Below are positions 47,191 through 61,700 of a stretch of 64,000 nt of DNA, in pieces; the first letter of the stretch is position 1, and each line of letters starts with the position of its first letter. Position numbers and translations under genes: made by a program. Below the pieces are notes generated by a model. That model was not told the DNA's origin. It did not search any database and saw only the letters and a program-made list of their open reading frames with translations. Source of the DNA: Polymyxa betae A26-41 (taxonomy: Eukaryota > Protista > Endomyxa: Phytomyxea); assembly GCA_003693705.1 (NCBI GenBank), contig RBZT01000632.1, positions 10,091 through 74,090 of the forward strand. Direction: 5' to 3'.

Positions 47191-47784
47191 ATGAACGACA
47201 GGGCGAACAACCCGTTCGACTTGATCTCGCAGGAGATCGGCATAAGCCTGCCGTCTAGTATGTTGCGTTTAATTTGCAGGCTGTTGCTGAAAGAATAACG
47301 TCATTCAGCGATAGGCTTTGGTGTACAACATCCATATGGCTTCACACGAGCTCCTAATGTAGTGCCTATGGATATGATCCCAGATTTACCACCGATGCCA
47401 ATGCCACATAATGGAGGCATTCACCAGATCATCCATGGATCTGTGCCTAAAAGGGGAAAATCGGGTCAGACTAGGAAAGGCGATATGGAGCGTATCGAGA
47501 AGAGGCGAAAGAGGGAGCGTGAAGCTGCTGCCCGATCTCGCCAAAGAAAAATGGAGTTAATTAACACGTTGGAAGCTAAAGTAGCGATGATGAAAGACGA
47601 GATTCAGCAGCTGAAACTGCAAGTAATTCGGTTAGGCGGTGTCCCTGAAACCGGGACCGCCGGGCTCGATTTCAACAATGCCGATATGAAGAAAATCAAG
47701 ACGATACATATTCAGGAAGACGCCGACCAGCAGATGAGCAGCAGCAATTCGTCGCCGATCTCGCAGGCAAAATCTCGTAAATAG
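47191..47784 (+). CDS. bZIP transcription factor with atypical basic region
   Basis: KRRKREREAAARSRQRK followed by heptad I/L/M/L repeats; one intron. Confidence 0.88.
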
Positions 47785-47983
47785 ACCCCTGCAGAGGATG
47801 GGAGCTCCATTGTATCTGATTTACAATAAACTGAAACCTGATACATACAGCACAACTGTCGTGTAATGTTACCTCCAGCTTGGCGGTTTCAAGATTCGAG
47901 AACCACCTGTAAGAGATTCGGGTCAAATCAGGCAACTCTATTCCCCATATTTTGCCATTTTTTATAAAACCTCCTCGCATCGA

Positions 47984-50900
47984 ATGCCACTTAGAAATGC
48001 AGTCTCACTCAAATCTTCAACATCTACTGATGCAAGCTTCCATATCTCTGCAAACCTAATCATACCACATCTCTTCTGACCTCATTGAAATGAAAGTTGA
48101 TTGTTACAGACAGCGGCCTCCTCCATAGTCAGAGCTCCCGCTCATTTCAATGTTCATTTATCTTCATATCAACACCAGCGTCTATAATGACGATTTGATT
48201 TCGGCGGGGTGGGCGGCACAACCTATTTCTAGATTTCGGAAAATAATTCAGCGCATCTCTAATCAGAGCTGATGTGTGTCGTTCGGTTTGGTTCGCATGA
48301 AGCGATATGAACGGATGAAGAGGCGGCAGGAGCAATTGAAAGTGGAAAGGGAGCGCGCTGAACAGGAGGACAATGAGAAATATGATTGCGATGAGGCCAT
48401 CCGAATAAGATCGCGGGTGGTAGGCATTCGCCACCGTAAATCCCAAGTCACTTCCATATTTGTTGAGAAAGCTTGGTCTCTGTTTCCCATAAAAGTCCAG
48501 CGTAAATTCGACAATCAGCTAGATCCAAATGCGATAGCTGTTTTTGTCGATCGCAATGTTGAGGACATTAGGGATGCCGATATCGAAGAAGGTCGTCTCC
48601 TGCCCTATACTGAATCGTTCCATTCTCTTAGATTCTTATGCTATGCAGATTTGTTGGGATATCTTCCAGCATCGTTCTGTATGCTGCTGTCCCCGCGCTT
48701 GGATTTAAAAAAGCTTCATATCCAGTCTGCGAAATTACTGGAATTTGACTCGAGCTTGAAGGTCAGATCATCTCTTGATTGTCTGGTTTCAGACTGTGAT
48801 TCTTTGTAGACTGTTCCTTCGAGTTTGGACATCTCACTTGAGATCTGTGGCGATTTGTCAGATAATGCTCGCTTAGCTTTAGAAGAAGCTGCTCTTGGGG
48901 ACCTCAGCAGGCAGCATTTCACTCAAGTGCTCAAAAAAGCTCAAAATCGGTTTGTTTCTACGGATCTAATTACTGAAGAAGAGCTTCAATCAGCTTCGCT
49001 TTACATCTCTTTGCCATTTCAAGGTCAATCCTTGTACATCAAGTTGTTACAGCGGAAGTCGTCGTGGTTCATTTACTCGGAAGAAATAGACAGATCTGCA
49101 CTAGGTCAGTGTCTTAAAACGTAGAAGCTGAAATTTTTACGATGCTTCAGATCCGCTATTGGAGAGATCATCTATGATTGAAGACAAAACTATCCCTTTA
49201 GACCAACGACGAGAAATTCTAACGTCGTTACTGTCATCCTTGACAGCTGCTGAGCTTAGAGCTCTTTATAAACGCTGCGTCAATAACTCCAATGGAAAAG
49301 GAGATAAATCTGTACGGTGATGAAACTTAATTCTACGACTCAAATGAACTGATGCAATGCAGGAGATTTTGAACAAGCTGATGCGCTATTTGTTCTGCCA
49401 GCGTTGTATTGATGGATCGCCGTATTTCACCAGTCCTTTATTTGTTAAAAATTTTCGTGAATGCTGCTCAAAACGTTGCCGGCTATCCTCAACGCATCTG
49501 CAAGCGCTGTTCCGCGTCTATCGCTTAGAGACTCTTAACTTCGATTCTGATTTGTTATCTGTACGTTCTGGCTGGAACGAATCTCAATTGCTCTCATTTT
49601 GACCGCAGATGGAAAGAATATCGAATTTAAAGCTGGTCAAATTCGTGCCGACGTCCTTATCTTCTGTTACTCCTTTTTCGTGTCGCCAGCAATTTTTGTA
49701 ATTTACATCTTGTTTATTCACATAGTTGAATTGTAATATTGGCATTATAGGGAACTGGAGTCGGCACTTGAGCTGTTGTCAACATGTGAAGCTTCCTTAA
49801 ATGATAAACATTACGCATCTGCTGCTAAATTCCTTCCAGTAGTTCGATCAAAGTTGACTGCTATTGTAAGATCCCTATAATCTGTGACCAATATCCTTTC
49901 ATGTTCCTCAGGAAGAGATAAACGCCCCTACATTTTGGCTTCAGTTCCATCCTGCCACAATTTATTGTTCAGCGATGTACCTCTCAGTTAAGGCACTACA
50001 AAAAATGCAGCAATATGAAGACGCTGTTAATGAATTCATGTTCCTGTTAAATGATGTTCCGGTACGTCATTTCAAATTCCGTTTTGCCTATCTAAAGCTA
50101 GTCTTCAGTCGCTCCTATTAACAGGAAGGCGTCGCGGGAAATGCTGGGCTCGCCTGCTGCTCATTTTAGACGTACATTTGAAACAGCGAGAATTGGCCTT
50201 GTCTCTTTGCCAAATTGCACTCTGCGATTGCACTGTTGATTCCGGTGCAAAGATTGCTTTACAGGATCGCGCTCTTCGCTTGTTGAAGCGTGAGAGTGAG
50301 CTCGAACTGCCCACTTATTTAGCTGCTGTTTCCCTTCCTACAGATGTTCCGTCAGAAACCATTGTTGGGCGACCTCTTAACAGTAAGACAGCTGAGAGAT
50401 CGCGATTCTTTGGTTATGATGATGAAGTGGTTTCTGTTGAGGAGCTAGGTAATATGAATGTTTAATTATAAGTAATGGAGAGTAACATTCCTGTTCGTAG
50501 CGCTTCAGTATTTTGCAAAAGATGGCTGGCAAGGCTTCCATGACGAAGGTATTCAGAACCCTGGTTGCAATCGAAAGTTAGCACCTGATAGATGCTGTCT
50601 AGGATGTCTAATACGTACTCTCTTTGGACTGATTATGTGGGATATCATCTGGCGCCAAGACATTCCAAGCGTATTCATGGCTTCGTATCAGGATGCGCCT
50701 CTTGATCTCGGTACCATCCAATTCTATGTGGTACGCAAAGACGACATTGAGAATCGCCTTCAAGACATTCAGGGTAATAACGGTTGCTATGTCAGTTATG
50801 CATCTTCTGGTTCTCTGCCTATCCGTTTCGCTGCTCTTCCGTGCTCAGTTGACTAATGTCGATGCTAGGTAACATGGATTTTGAGGCTGAATTGACTGAA

Positions 50901-51293
50901 GTGTGGATTCATCACGCTGGAGAATGCTGTCGCGGTGTAGCTTGGAATCGGTGGACTCTCGAGCAATTGGTTCTTCTTTGCGCTTGCATAAATCGGGCTT
51001 CGCTGGCTGCTGTTTTCCGACTCCTTGCTATGAATTATTCGGCTTGGACTGGGGGGTTGCCTGATCTTGCAATTTATCATCCAGAGCGAAAGCAGTTCCG
51101 ATTGGTCGAAGTCAAGGTACTTCCCGGCTTAAAACACGTTTTGGATGAAAATGAAAAACGTCTTCAGGGTCCCAATGATAGGCTCTCAGATCAGCAGAGG
51201 GCATGGCTCACAAGGTTACATAGATTCGGATTCGATTCGTCTGTTCTGAAGGTAAAGCCTCCTGATAAGAAGGCCAAAAAACGTACAACATAG
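47984..51293 (+). CDS. FAN1: Fanconi-associated nuclease 1 (HIRAN-like, TPR and VRR-NUC domains)
   Basis: RVVGIRH..DNQLDPNAIAV..LGYLP; LYIKLLQRKSSWF; RRGKCW.RL; SVEELAL, GWQGFHDEG, TLFGLIMWDII, YQDAPLDL, GGLPDL, LVEVKGPNDRLSDQQRAWL. Confidence 0.92.
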
Positions 51294-51637
51294 AAACCGT
51301 TTCTGTCAAGATTTCCGAATCGGAATCCATTTCCGATGTTGTTTTCGTCAATGGATACTATTGCAAATCGACACCTCGTTGTCATGACCTACCGTGATAT
51401 ACATTGATCATTGACAATATTTCACCGAGCTAGGCCGATTGACAAGTTTGTTGCTTATCATGTAATCTGACTCGACCAATGTTGCCTGAAGCAGTCCCCA
51501 AGTTAATGCTCTTTGTCGATGGGCACCAATAAATCATGGGCCTAAACACACATTTTGTCTGATTCGGCAATGAAAATGTTGGAAAAATGAATGGATATGC
51601 CATTATGGAACGTTCATCGAATAAATAAATAATTATA

Positions 51638-53330
51638 TTAAACGGTTTTCGATGTTTCTGGAGGCATTCGTCTTCTGCATTTTCTATGACAGCAACAGTA
51701 GCACAGAAGTCTAGCTAGAACCCCAATCGGCGTCCTAATTGGGACGCCAAGAAGCTCGAGCGCAGATAAGAGCTGAATGATCACGAAAACGGTGCAGTAA
51801 ATCAGGCTGGGATATTTCTATCGAATCTAAAGATAAATACTTCCAACAAAAAACCCTCTCACCTTCGGATCTGGAAAAACGTTTTCAATCTCGATCTGCG
51901 TAATGCCCAGCAGTGATGTCACGACAGGTAAGTTTGAGCAAAGAAGGAGTATAAAGGTATTCCTTGCCAATAAATATTGGATAGGAGACCTCGTATGCCC
52001 ATATAATCCTGCAACCCATTTGAATGAGGAACTGTCGAAGGCAGCACTTCCAACAACAGCAAGGAGGTAAAGAACGAGAGCGACATCAACCAATAGCGAC
52101 AACAACGGATGCAGAGAAACTGACTGCACCGAGAAACGTATTAGATTCAATTTGATCTGAAACCCGAAGAGGCGCCAGACGGCATCCGAAAGTAGTTCTT
52201 CGCATTTAAGAAGAGATCGTATGGTGATTCCAAATGGAAGAACAATGGAGAGGACCAACAAGATTGATGCGACCATATTCCTGGCAAATGTCTGCCAACG
52301 GTTACGGCGTATAACAGCCAGGGAATGCCCAATCTGAAGTTCGTAGAGCTGTTGCTGAAGACTTTCAAGGGTCACATGATTATAGGAATCGAAAGAATAT
52401 TTCGGCAGAGCATCCTGCGGAAGATTTTCGATCTGTTGAAGAACCGATTCCAACGCGAATTCGTACACGGCGATCCGTTCAGGATCACTGCGATGAGTCC
52501 ATGATTCAAACAAGTTGATGGATCCAATGATCATACGACGAAACCCTTCACGAAAGTGAACTAGGAACAGCAGCAAGCCAGGTAACTGAAATGCATAACC
52601 GCTTGTGAAAAACGTTAGACCGAGACGTTGCCCAGTCAGCAAATACTATAACAATTAGCCGTGCGTCCAAAATTGTAACAACAATGACGAACCTGAATTA
52701 AGCCCAGCGACCCCTGAAACAGAACACTGACCAGTATCTGAACAATTGCTGTCTCAAGGATACGAGACATGAAGCCGCTTTGAGACGCAATCCCTTCCGC
52801 TTCCTCATAAAGATACGCGAATGGAAAAACGACGAAGAAAGCGATGGTCGACGCCCAGGATATCCCGGTCCAAGATGCTGTTTGTAGATATCAGTCAACG
52901 ACAAATGGTCATAAAGAGATCGAGACCTGACACGAAGTCCCGCTCCACCCAGAAGAATAAATAATGGAGCCGAAGACCTGGTGTTGTACAGGCTGCTGCT
53001 GAGATCAATAGCAGCAGCCAGAGGCCAGCTAATGCCAGTACAATGGCACATAGATGGAACCTAACTTCCACTGTGAGAAACTTGATCAGCGAATTCGTGA
53101 GCCGCTTACGGTAGTGAATAAATAGTATGGCCGGGTGCTTTCGGAGAGCCCAGAGCTCCAGTAGCATCAAATTGCTGGTAGACAAGTGCTACCGTATAGG
53201 CGAATACAGCAAACAGAAAAGTAGCCTGTCAAGGAGTCAGCGCATGACCATCGCTGAGGACTGGGCACCAGTCTACGATTGCATAGCGAAGTTGGATGGA
53301 GAAGAATTCGTCGGGGGACACGCCATCCAT
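51638..53330 (-). CDS. LMBR1/LIMR family membrane protein
   Basis: FVVFPFAYLYEEAEG..SRILET, LLLCSNLPVVTSLLGIT; multiple TM helices. Confidence 0.75.
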
Positions 53331-53897
53331 ACAGTCTGGATCCGCTAACCCAGGATGGAGGCGGGCGGTGACGCCCCGGCAAATCGAATCTGGGCCCGGC
53401 AATGGAGAACGATCGATCACGCACTCCTAATTACATAGGAACGATTGTATAGAATTGGCGCTCTTATCAATGAGCAATCTGATAGAGAGAGACTCTGATC
53501 CGACTTTAGGAAGAAGATAGACCGGTGAGTACCCCACCACCCCACGACCCCAATTTCTCCTCGTTAGGACCAATTTCTCCTTCTTAGGAGGACTAAGGCC
53601 TAGCAGAACTTGTGAACCAAGTTGATATTGCCCAGGCACCAGCACAAACTGATCATCTCGGCGATTGTTTAGCTATTAGCTGTACACAAGACGATCGGAT
53701 TGTGAAGGTTTGAAGAGAGAAACCATCATTCAGAGGCCTGCAATAGATGATTATTTCAAAAGAATAGGTCCCGCGTCAGTAGTCATCTTGTCGCCTCAAC
53801 GGAACGGAAAGGGCAATCAATTTGAATCTTATTCTACTTGCAACATTGTTATTATTTGTATGGACATTATCTGATGGTTTAAGTAAAGCATCATGAA

Positions 53898-54351
53898 TTA
53901 TTGCTCACACTGTTGTTCTTGTTGGACCTCGGTTTTGGATTGATGAAAAGCTCCATGGTTAGCTTCATCAAAGACCCGCCATTGACGTTTATGAGTGCAA
54001 CGAATCTCTCTGGGGCGCTCCTCAGGGACTCCACGCCAGGTTAACAGGCCCCAGGCTTTTGGCGTATGCCCGTGCTGAACAACAGAAAAGCATCAGAATT
54101 CAGCGACATTGCGAAGCTATAGGGCAACCTTGCTGAATTTGACACGATGAACTGTCCAATAACAGGGTTCAGGATAACGGTGCCAAAGACTTCGGGTTAG
54201 ACGCTCCCCTTTGCCGCCCTGGGCGAGTTTATCCGCGACTTCGTAGAGATTGTAGCCTTTGCGTTGGGCTTTCGCCGCTGAGTCTGCGGCTGCCGACGAT
54301 AGCAGACGTCGTCCCAGACCGGTTACAGACGACCAGATACTTGCCATCATG
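53898..54351 (-). CDS. MRPS34: mitochondrial ribosomal protein mS34
   Basis: Presequence-like N-terminus; NLYEV..L..GGKG.RL.R..W..YPEPCYWTV.RVK; KAWGLLTWRG. Confidence 0.82.
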
Positions 54352-54785
54352 ATGTTAAGATGATGTCGCAACTCCGTCAACACGTCGTCGTCGTTTTGTT
54401 GAAAACGAAATTATTCCAAACCAAGGGACCAACAAGAGCTTTACATTCTGGCGTATGTTATAGTTATTTTGCACAGTAGCTTGCAAGCCATTCGCACATG
54501 ATTAAGGATGCTTTCTAGCTCGATCGTGGTTTATGCACTTGTGAAAGCATGCTCATCAAATGAGCACGAATCATTTTGTTCTAGCATTCAGCTTAAACTA
54601 GATTTCATCGTCAATGGGTAAACTGACGAAATCACAGCTAGAAGTAATGCCACATTGCAACGGTGGTTAACGAGCCGATTCTTGAATTTTTATACCTTTT
54701 TTTGTGAGAACTTCGAAACTGCGTTCCGGACTGCGAGTCAGTTGCAGCGGCTCATGTCGTTTAAAATCTCGAAAAGTCATTGGAT

Positions 54786-55344
54786 ATGAAAGCTCCCAAT
54801 GTGCTTATTACCGGGACACCAGGCTGTGGCAAGACCACATTCTGTGAGAAACTAAAATCTCTCACTAATTTAAGGCATATCGAGGTTGGAGCCCTTGTTC
54901 GAAAGCACCAATGCCATACCGGGAGAGATGAGAAATTCGATTCGTACATGCTTGATGACGATAAGGTTTGTTCATCGCTCTTTTAGCATATCTCTTCACC
55001 TTAGTGCCTTATAGCTAATTGAGGTCTTGGAGCCTGAACTCGAGAAGGGCGGCAACTTGGTTGATTTCCATACATCGTACGTCTTTCCTGAAGAACTGAT
55101 CGACCTCGTCGTGGTCTTAAGGACAGATAATACGGTTCTATATGAACGATTAGAGAACAGGAAATATTCAGCCATAAAGATTCGCGAGAACATCGAGGCT
55201 GAGATTATGCAGGTCTGCCTGGACGAAGCTCGTGATAATTACGATGAGGAGATCATTGTCGAACTGCAGAACGATACCACGGAGCAGCTCGAGCGAAATC
55301 TCAAAACAGTTGCGGAATGGATCACTTCTCACCAGAGCAAATAG
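54786..55344 (+). CDS. AK6: adenylate kinase 6 / Fap7
   Basis: PNVLITGTPGCGKTT, LVDFH, DLVVVLRTDNTVLYERL, ENIEAEIMQV; one intron. Confidence 0.95.
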
Positions 55345-55786
55345 TGTCGTTGTCCATCTCCTACAACAAGCTCATCAGTTGATTCGATATTGAGAATGCC
55401 TATTTATTTACATCCTATCATCTCCAATCCATTCGACATGGCAATGCCAGGCTAACTAGATTTCACCAATTTATTCGCTATCAGTTCATGAAAAGTTTCC
55501 TTCTTGCTTGTGATAGCTTGTTTCAATGATCGAACCCAGGCTGTATAATCTAATCTGGGTCTTAACTCGAGTTATTTTGTGCGTAGCTCCCATCTCGCTT
55601 TGGATTCCCCGCTTTAGCACGATTACTGCGATGGCTTTTTAGGTTTGTCAATAACACTTGCTATAATCGAAGGGTGGGATTAGGGAGTCGTCCGTTCATA
55701 TTCTGGCTTCAGCGCTCTTCGGCAGATTTTAGGTCTCGTCATCAAGTTTGTCGATAGGTCTGGTCGTTGCATCGATCTCTTCCCTG

Positions 55787-58700
55787 ATGGATGGATACTT
55801 CTCTCTCCACATCATCTCCCGATCGTCTAGAGCCTTATCTGCAAAGTCTGAGCCTGACATCAGACTTTTTCTAGCTTTTACTGATACTGTTTTCTTAGGA
55901 GATGCAAATCAGTTTACTGATAGTAATAGTGAACAAGTTATTACGAATGCAGGGATTCGGCAGCTTGTTTCACATCTTTCTGCTACCCTACCTTACCGAT
56001 CCAGACGCCAATCTGCTCAACAGATAAATCAGATCACGTCTGCACTTGGGCATTTGAAATGTAAAACACTAGATCCTGAAATATTCCAGGATTTGTTTCA
56101 GATAATTAGCGATTGCTGGCTGTCTATGGAACTCGGTAGGTATTTTTTCATATTAGTTACAAAACATTCAAAACATTGTTTAGAGCCGGTTGCTTTAACA
56201 TTGCTAATTTCGGCAGTGAATTCTCTTCCGAAATGCGATTTTCTCCCAAATCTCAGTGAACTTGCTCAGAATGCCTTCGCTTCCGTATGATATGATCTTC
56301 GATACTGTCATGGCTCTCAATAGCTTTTGCAGGAATTCGTCCCAGTAGAGCGAGTCTTTATCCTTCGTATTCTTGCCAATTTCCCAAACGTTGCCCCTGC
56401 GCTGTTGGCAGAGGCATGCATCAATGCTGAGACTACTCTGGATCTCCCGACAATCAATTACGCTTTTAGCGAACTCTGGATCCCAGCATTGTCACATGAA
56501 AACTTCAACGAGGAGCTTCAATTGAGATTGATCGCCTCTCGTCTGTTACATTCTTCATTAGCGCCTGTTTTGTTGTCCTCTCACCTCGTCGATTGGCTGC
56601 TTCGTCTCAGCTGTATATCTTCAGAACACTGGAGCGCCATTGGATTTCATCTTCAACGACTGCTGAAGAATCCGTCCGCACAAGTTCGGGAATCGGCTTT
56701 GGAATGCTTCTCTCAATTAGAGAGGGTTGACCATCCCGACTTTGCATATATTCGTTTTTCCACACTCATGGATTCCTTCTCTCTCAATGTAGTCCACACC
56801 TGTATTGTTTAACTTTGAACATTGCTGATACTGTTTTAGGCACTGGGACGATCGTTTCGTTTGCCGCAAATCGGTCTTGATCACTTCTGGTCGATGCCTT
56901 CGCTGGCCTTGGCTCTTAAGGTCAAACGAGCGTCTGTTTCAAAGGTTATGCCTCATGATGACTACATTATCTGTTTGGACAACATCTTCAACGTTCAAAA
57001 TGTTGCCGAGCTTATTGAAATGCGATGCCTTTCGATTGATGCTGCAGCGACGCTTATCCATGATAAGCTGAGGACACTTGGTACTTATTTATTGTATATT
57101 ATTTTTTCGTTAATGTATGTCTGTTAGGGACAACTGTATCAACTATGGACGACATCATCCAACGGTTAAGCCAAAATTCGATTAGCGCTGAATCAAACGT
57201 CTTGGTGATGGCGTTTCTTTACTCGTTGCACACATATATTATTGGTATCAATTCCCAGTATCCTGAGCTCCAAATCCCGTTCCCCACCGCCATCCCGTAA
57301 TCTGCTTCCATGCTTTCTCGTTTCTAGGCTCATTGTATGTAGGTTCTTTCTTTCCAAACGATTTATCTACGATGGATTTCTTGAAAAAATCAAACCGCAA
57401 CGTTTTCGGCTGGCACATTCTAACCCTAGTGCAGTTCAACGCTCAGTAATATTTTCGGATTTCGCGAGCGACGATCTGTTGTCAGTCGCAGTGCCGTTCT
57501 GCTGGGCTTTGAAACAATCAAATTTTTTAAAAATGAACATCAATTGCATCTCTACGGCTCTGTAAGCAGGTTTTTCGAATCTCGCTTTTTTGTAACTTTC
57601 GCAGGACACCTGGCAGCAGTGCTTCACTATTAGTCGACGCTATCAAACACCACTCGCAGGGTAATTATGAAGCTGCTATTGGCTATTATTTCGACGCCTT
57701 CCAATGTGTATCGCCTGAGCACAAGGAAATCTCTACTAATGGCGCCTTGCAATGTATCCGCTCGCTACAGCTTTGGGAGTCGGTTGAAGAATTGCAACCT
57801 CCCAAAGATGGTATTTTTAGAAAGGTGGACATAATAACGCTTCATGTTGTAAACGCTGACATCCTGTTAGAATATCTGCGCTGCAAACCCAATTCAGAAG
57901 CTGCTCTTGGATTCTTCTGTGATGCTGCATTCTGGTAGAACTGGAGAAGTTCAGCTAATGCTGGATCAAAACTGGTCCAAACTCCAGGTAAATTTGCATT
58001 GATAATTGTTATGATATCTCATTATGCTTTAGATTTCGGCTGATCTGCAATTCGAACCAATCTCGATGATAATTGCCAATTGCCAATTATGGATCAATCG
58101 CATAAAGTGTGTCCAAATACTGCCTGCTGAACTGGTCTCTGAAGCCAAAGAGTTTATTTCACAAGTTCTCAATGTATCTTACTTGTGCTCTTCATACGCT
58201 GAGACTCAAGAGCTTCTCGCATACCGTATCCGGACTCGACAATTTTCTGACCAAAATCTGACCCCGTTTTAGATCAACTAATACTATCTGCCCTGGACCC
58301 TTCTTTCAATGCTGAAGATTATTTATCGTCTCCAGCCTTCCAGAATCTGCCTATGCTCTCTGAACTTTTCTTGATCCAACCTTCTCAAAAGATCCTGTCT
58401 CATCTGCTGCTTCGAGCTAAGGAAACTTATAACCAGGGTTATGTCATTCGTTTATTAGAGAGAGCCCAGTCCTATGTTGATGGTATCATCCCTGAATTAC
58501 AACATAGTATTTTAATCTGTTCGGAACCCTCGGAGAGCACTCTGGTTGACTTCTGGAATTTATCGAGATCATCGAATCAAGCTAACATCACGCTGTCATT
58601 GATTGAAACTATGATGCGTTCTCCAGTTCATCTGCTCTCAGGATTGTTTATCGATTCGGGAACCTCAGAGGTGTCCGATTTAGTGGAGCAGGCGTTTTCG

Positions 58701-61700
58701 CATTCCCAAGGTAAAAATCTACCCCTCCTTTTTCGCTTTGTCTGATTTCTGTCAGATATTTGCAGCGGTTCCCATTTTGCCAGATGGTGCGTTGACCTGG
58801 CAGGAATTTTAGGAAATGGATGGCTTAGCTCAGCTTGCGGCCCTTTTTCCGCTTCGTCTGTTGAAGTATGCTTCGTTCCGGCATAATTATCACCTCTCAC
58901 CAGATTATAGAAACTGCAGTCCCTGCTTCTGGATATGCTGAGAGCGTTCATTTGCGATGAGGACCAGCTGAAAGGCATTGTGAGAACGATATGCATCAAC
59001 ATATCAGACGAATTGAAGAGAGAGCGTGCACTTCCTACTACCAAAGTATTTGATGTGACTTTTTTTGGTAATTCTCTCAATACGGCGTTAGCTGTTCTCG
59101 ATACTATCGTCATCCCTTTGTATGGAGATCGACTGGAATCATATCGCTGACGAATCGCCCCATTTGTCACAAGTCAACTGCCTTCTTTCTCGCATTCCAA
59201 ACTTGCTTACTCGAGCTGCAGAGGTATGCTCGGCTTTTCATTTTTGAATGATGTTCTAAGTCTCGTATCAGATGATTTCCGATTCTTTGGCCAATCGCTA
59301 CTCCTACGACGACGCGCTTCTTCTCGTCGCATTGTTAGATGGCGGTTTTTTCGTAGAAAATTGCCGTCTTCCGACCTCTTCCTGGGTCGATATCATTCCC
59401 CAGTTACAGGCCATGCTAAGGCGAACAGTTCTGCCAACATATTTAAAGAGCAAAGTTCACGAGACTCTATTAGAAATAGCTCGCAGCACTCCCAATTTCG
59501 AACCTATCGCCTTCCCGTTAACCGCACCGAAGCTTGAAAATTCTCACCTTGACGAACTTGCTAATGATCTTAAAGTCTGTTTCGCTGCTTATCAATTTTC
59601 ACATCTCAATAGATTTTTCAGGTGTGTGACATTTCGCTGTGGACGGATCTGTGCGAGTTTAGCGACCACATGCGAAAACTGTCATACTTTTCCGACGATA
59701 AATGGCTCGATCTTCTTTCTCGATTAATTTCCGAAATTCCGTCTCGTTGGCGTTGGTGGAACGAAGAATGCGAACAGGGTCAGTCATCGGCTGAGTCGTA
59801 TGGCCAGATTATGCAATCCATTTTGGATGCTTTCAATGTAAGAGGCGCCTTAGACGTTTATCTTTCAATTGTTGTTTAACGTTCTTCTAGAGCGCTGCAG
59901 TGGAGGTTTCGACGAACTCTGAGTGCAATCGTACTAGATTATTTTACGAAAAATTCGGCCATCAAATTCAGACTCTGTGGCTTCATCTGTGCCTGCCGTT
60001 GCAAGATACCTCCACTGAAATCGGTGCATAACTTTATCGTTTGAGAACCTGCTTTTTTGAGTGCTGATATTGCTTCCGATAGATAAGAAATCCCTTCTTT
60101 CTACCATCATTCATCAGCTGAAAATCTTGAAACATGATATCCATCTGCTTTCAAAAGGTAGTCGCTTTTATCCATTTCAAATTCATTGATTGGCTCATAT
60201 GGATTTCCAGTTGATATCCGGGTCGTCTGCCCTGGAATTTCTTCTCCATCACAATTTACCTTCCGAATACCGGGAATGCCTGCTGGATCCTATGCGATGA
60301 CTTTGGCGAACCCGATAATTGAAATACTGAAAACCAAAACCCGACCTCGTTTTATTTCTTTTATTGGCTCTGATGGTCTTACTTATTCGTATCTCCTGAA
60401 AGGCAAAGAGGATCTCAATATCGATCAACGAATTCTGCAGGTCGTCTCCTATGCGAACGATTTCATGTTAAAGTCCGCTGAAGCCAAATCGGTAGCTCTT
60501 TTTTTCGCCGTTTTTTCGTTGTGATTGAGACTCCAATCAGGCTGGATTTTCGCCGATCCCAACATACTCGGTCACCTGTTTGTCGTCTGAAGCCGGCTTG
60601 ATCTCGATCGTTCCCGATACGATTTCGTTGTTCCGACTGAATCGGTTTGGCGCGGGGTCAGATCGCGATTCGACCGGCAGCCAAGCACTTGACGATCACG
60701 ACCACAGAGATGTAGCCGAATCGACACCCGGTCAGGTTTATCTGCTGTATCTGCATAAGGTTCTTGAAGAACGAAAGTTATCTCTTAAAATTCCTAGAAG
60801 GTATCTTTTCGCATCCTTTGTTCCTGGTAGCTGATGTATGTAATGTTTATAGCGAATGGCCGCCGGAATTGTTCACTGAGCTTTACGATCGTCTTTTGGC
60901 TGAAACGGACGATACAGTTCTAGAAAAGCGATTGTACTTGTCATCGCTTTCTCCTGAGCAGGAGTTCTTAAAGAAAGTGCTGTTTACATCAACATCGGCG
61001 GCTTCATCAATGCTCGGATATTTACTTGGAATTGGAGGTAACTTGTCATTTGGTTCTGATAATTGCTGTGGTTTACACGCTGCTATTAGATAGACACCCA
61101 GGAAATATTCTTCTTCGGGTAGAAACCGGTGAAGTGGTTCATATCGATTTTGCTGTAAGCTCGTTCGCTCGGACTCAGTTTAGTTGAATTCAGCCCATTT
61201 TAGGTGTCGTTTGATGCTGGCCGTTCGCTGCGGGTTCCTGAAACGGTCCCGTTTCGACTGACGCCGTGCTTACGAAGAGCTTTGGGTCCTTTTTCGCTGC
61301 CTTCCGGCCAGTTTGCTCATATTATGGACTTAACGTATAAACGTTGCCGCCAGAACAAGCCGTTTATACTCAGCATTCTGAGGGCATTATGGAACCATCC
61401 AATTGAAGGATGGGATCCTCGTCGGCGCCGAATTATGGTACGTACTTTCGTTGATCCTTTTGAGTATTTATGTAATGTGCTTGTAGAAGCGAGATGTTGA
61501 TAGAGCGATGGTTCATAAGCTAATAGTAGCGCGTCTGCAACGGTCGCGTACGTTCTTGGAGTCTCTGCATAATTGGGCTTTTGGCAACCAATCTCGCTGG
61601 TCGGAGTTGGTTGCTACATATAATCAGTGGGCCGTCGCCCATAATGAGCTTTTGTTGAAGACGGCCGAGATCGCTGTTTTACAGCACCGTAAATCAGCGG

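Noticed and set aside
23939-55344. Functional link between AK7 and AK6
   Set aside because: Distantly related families with different roles, 28 kb apart
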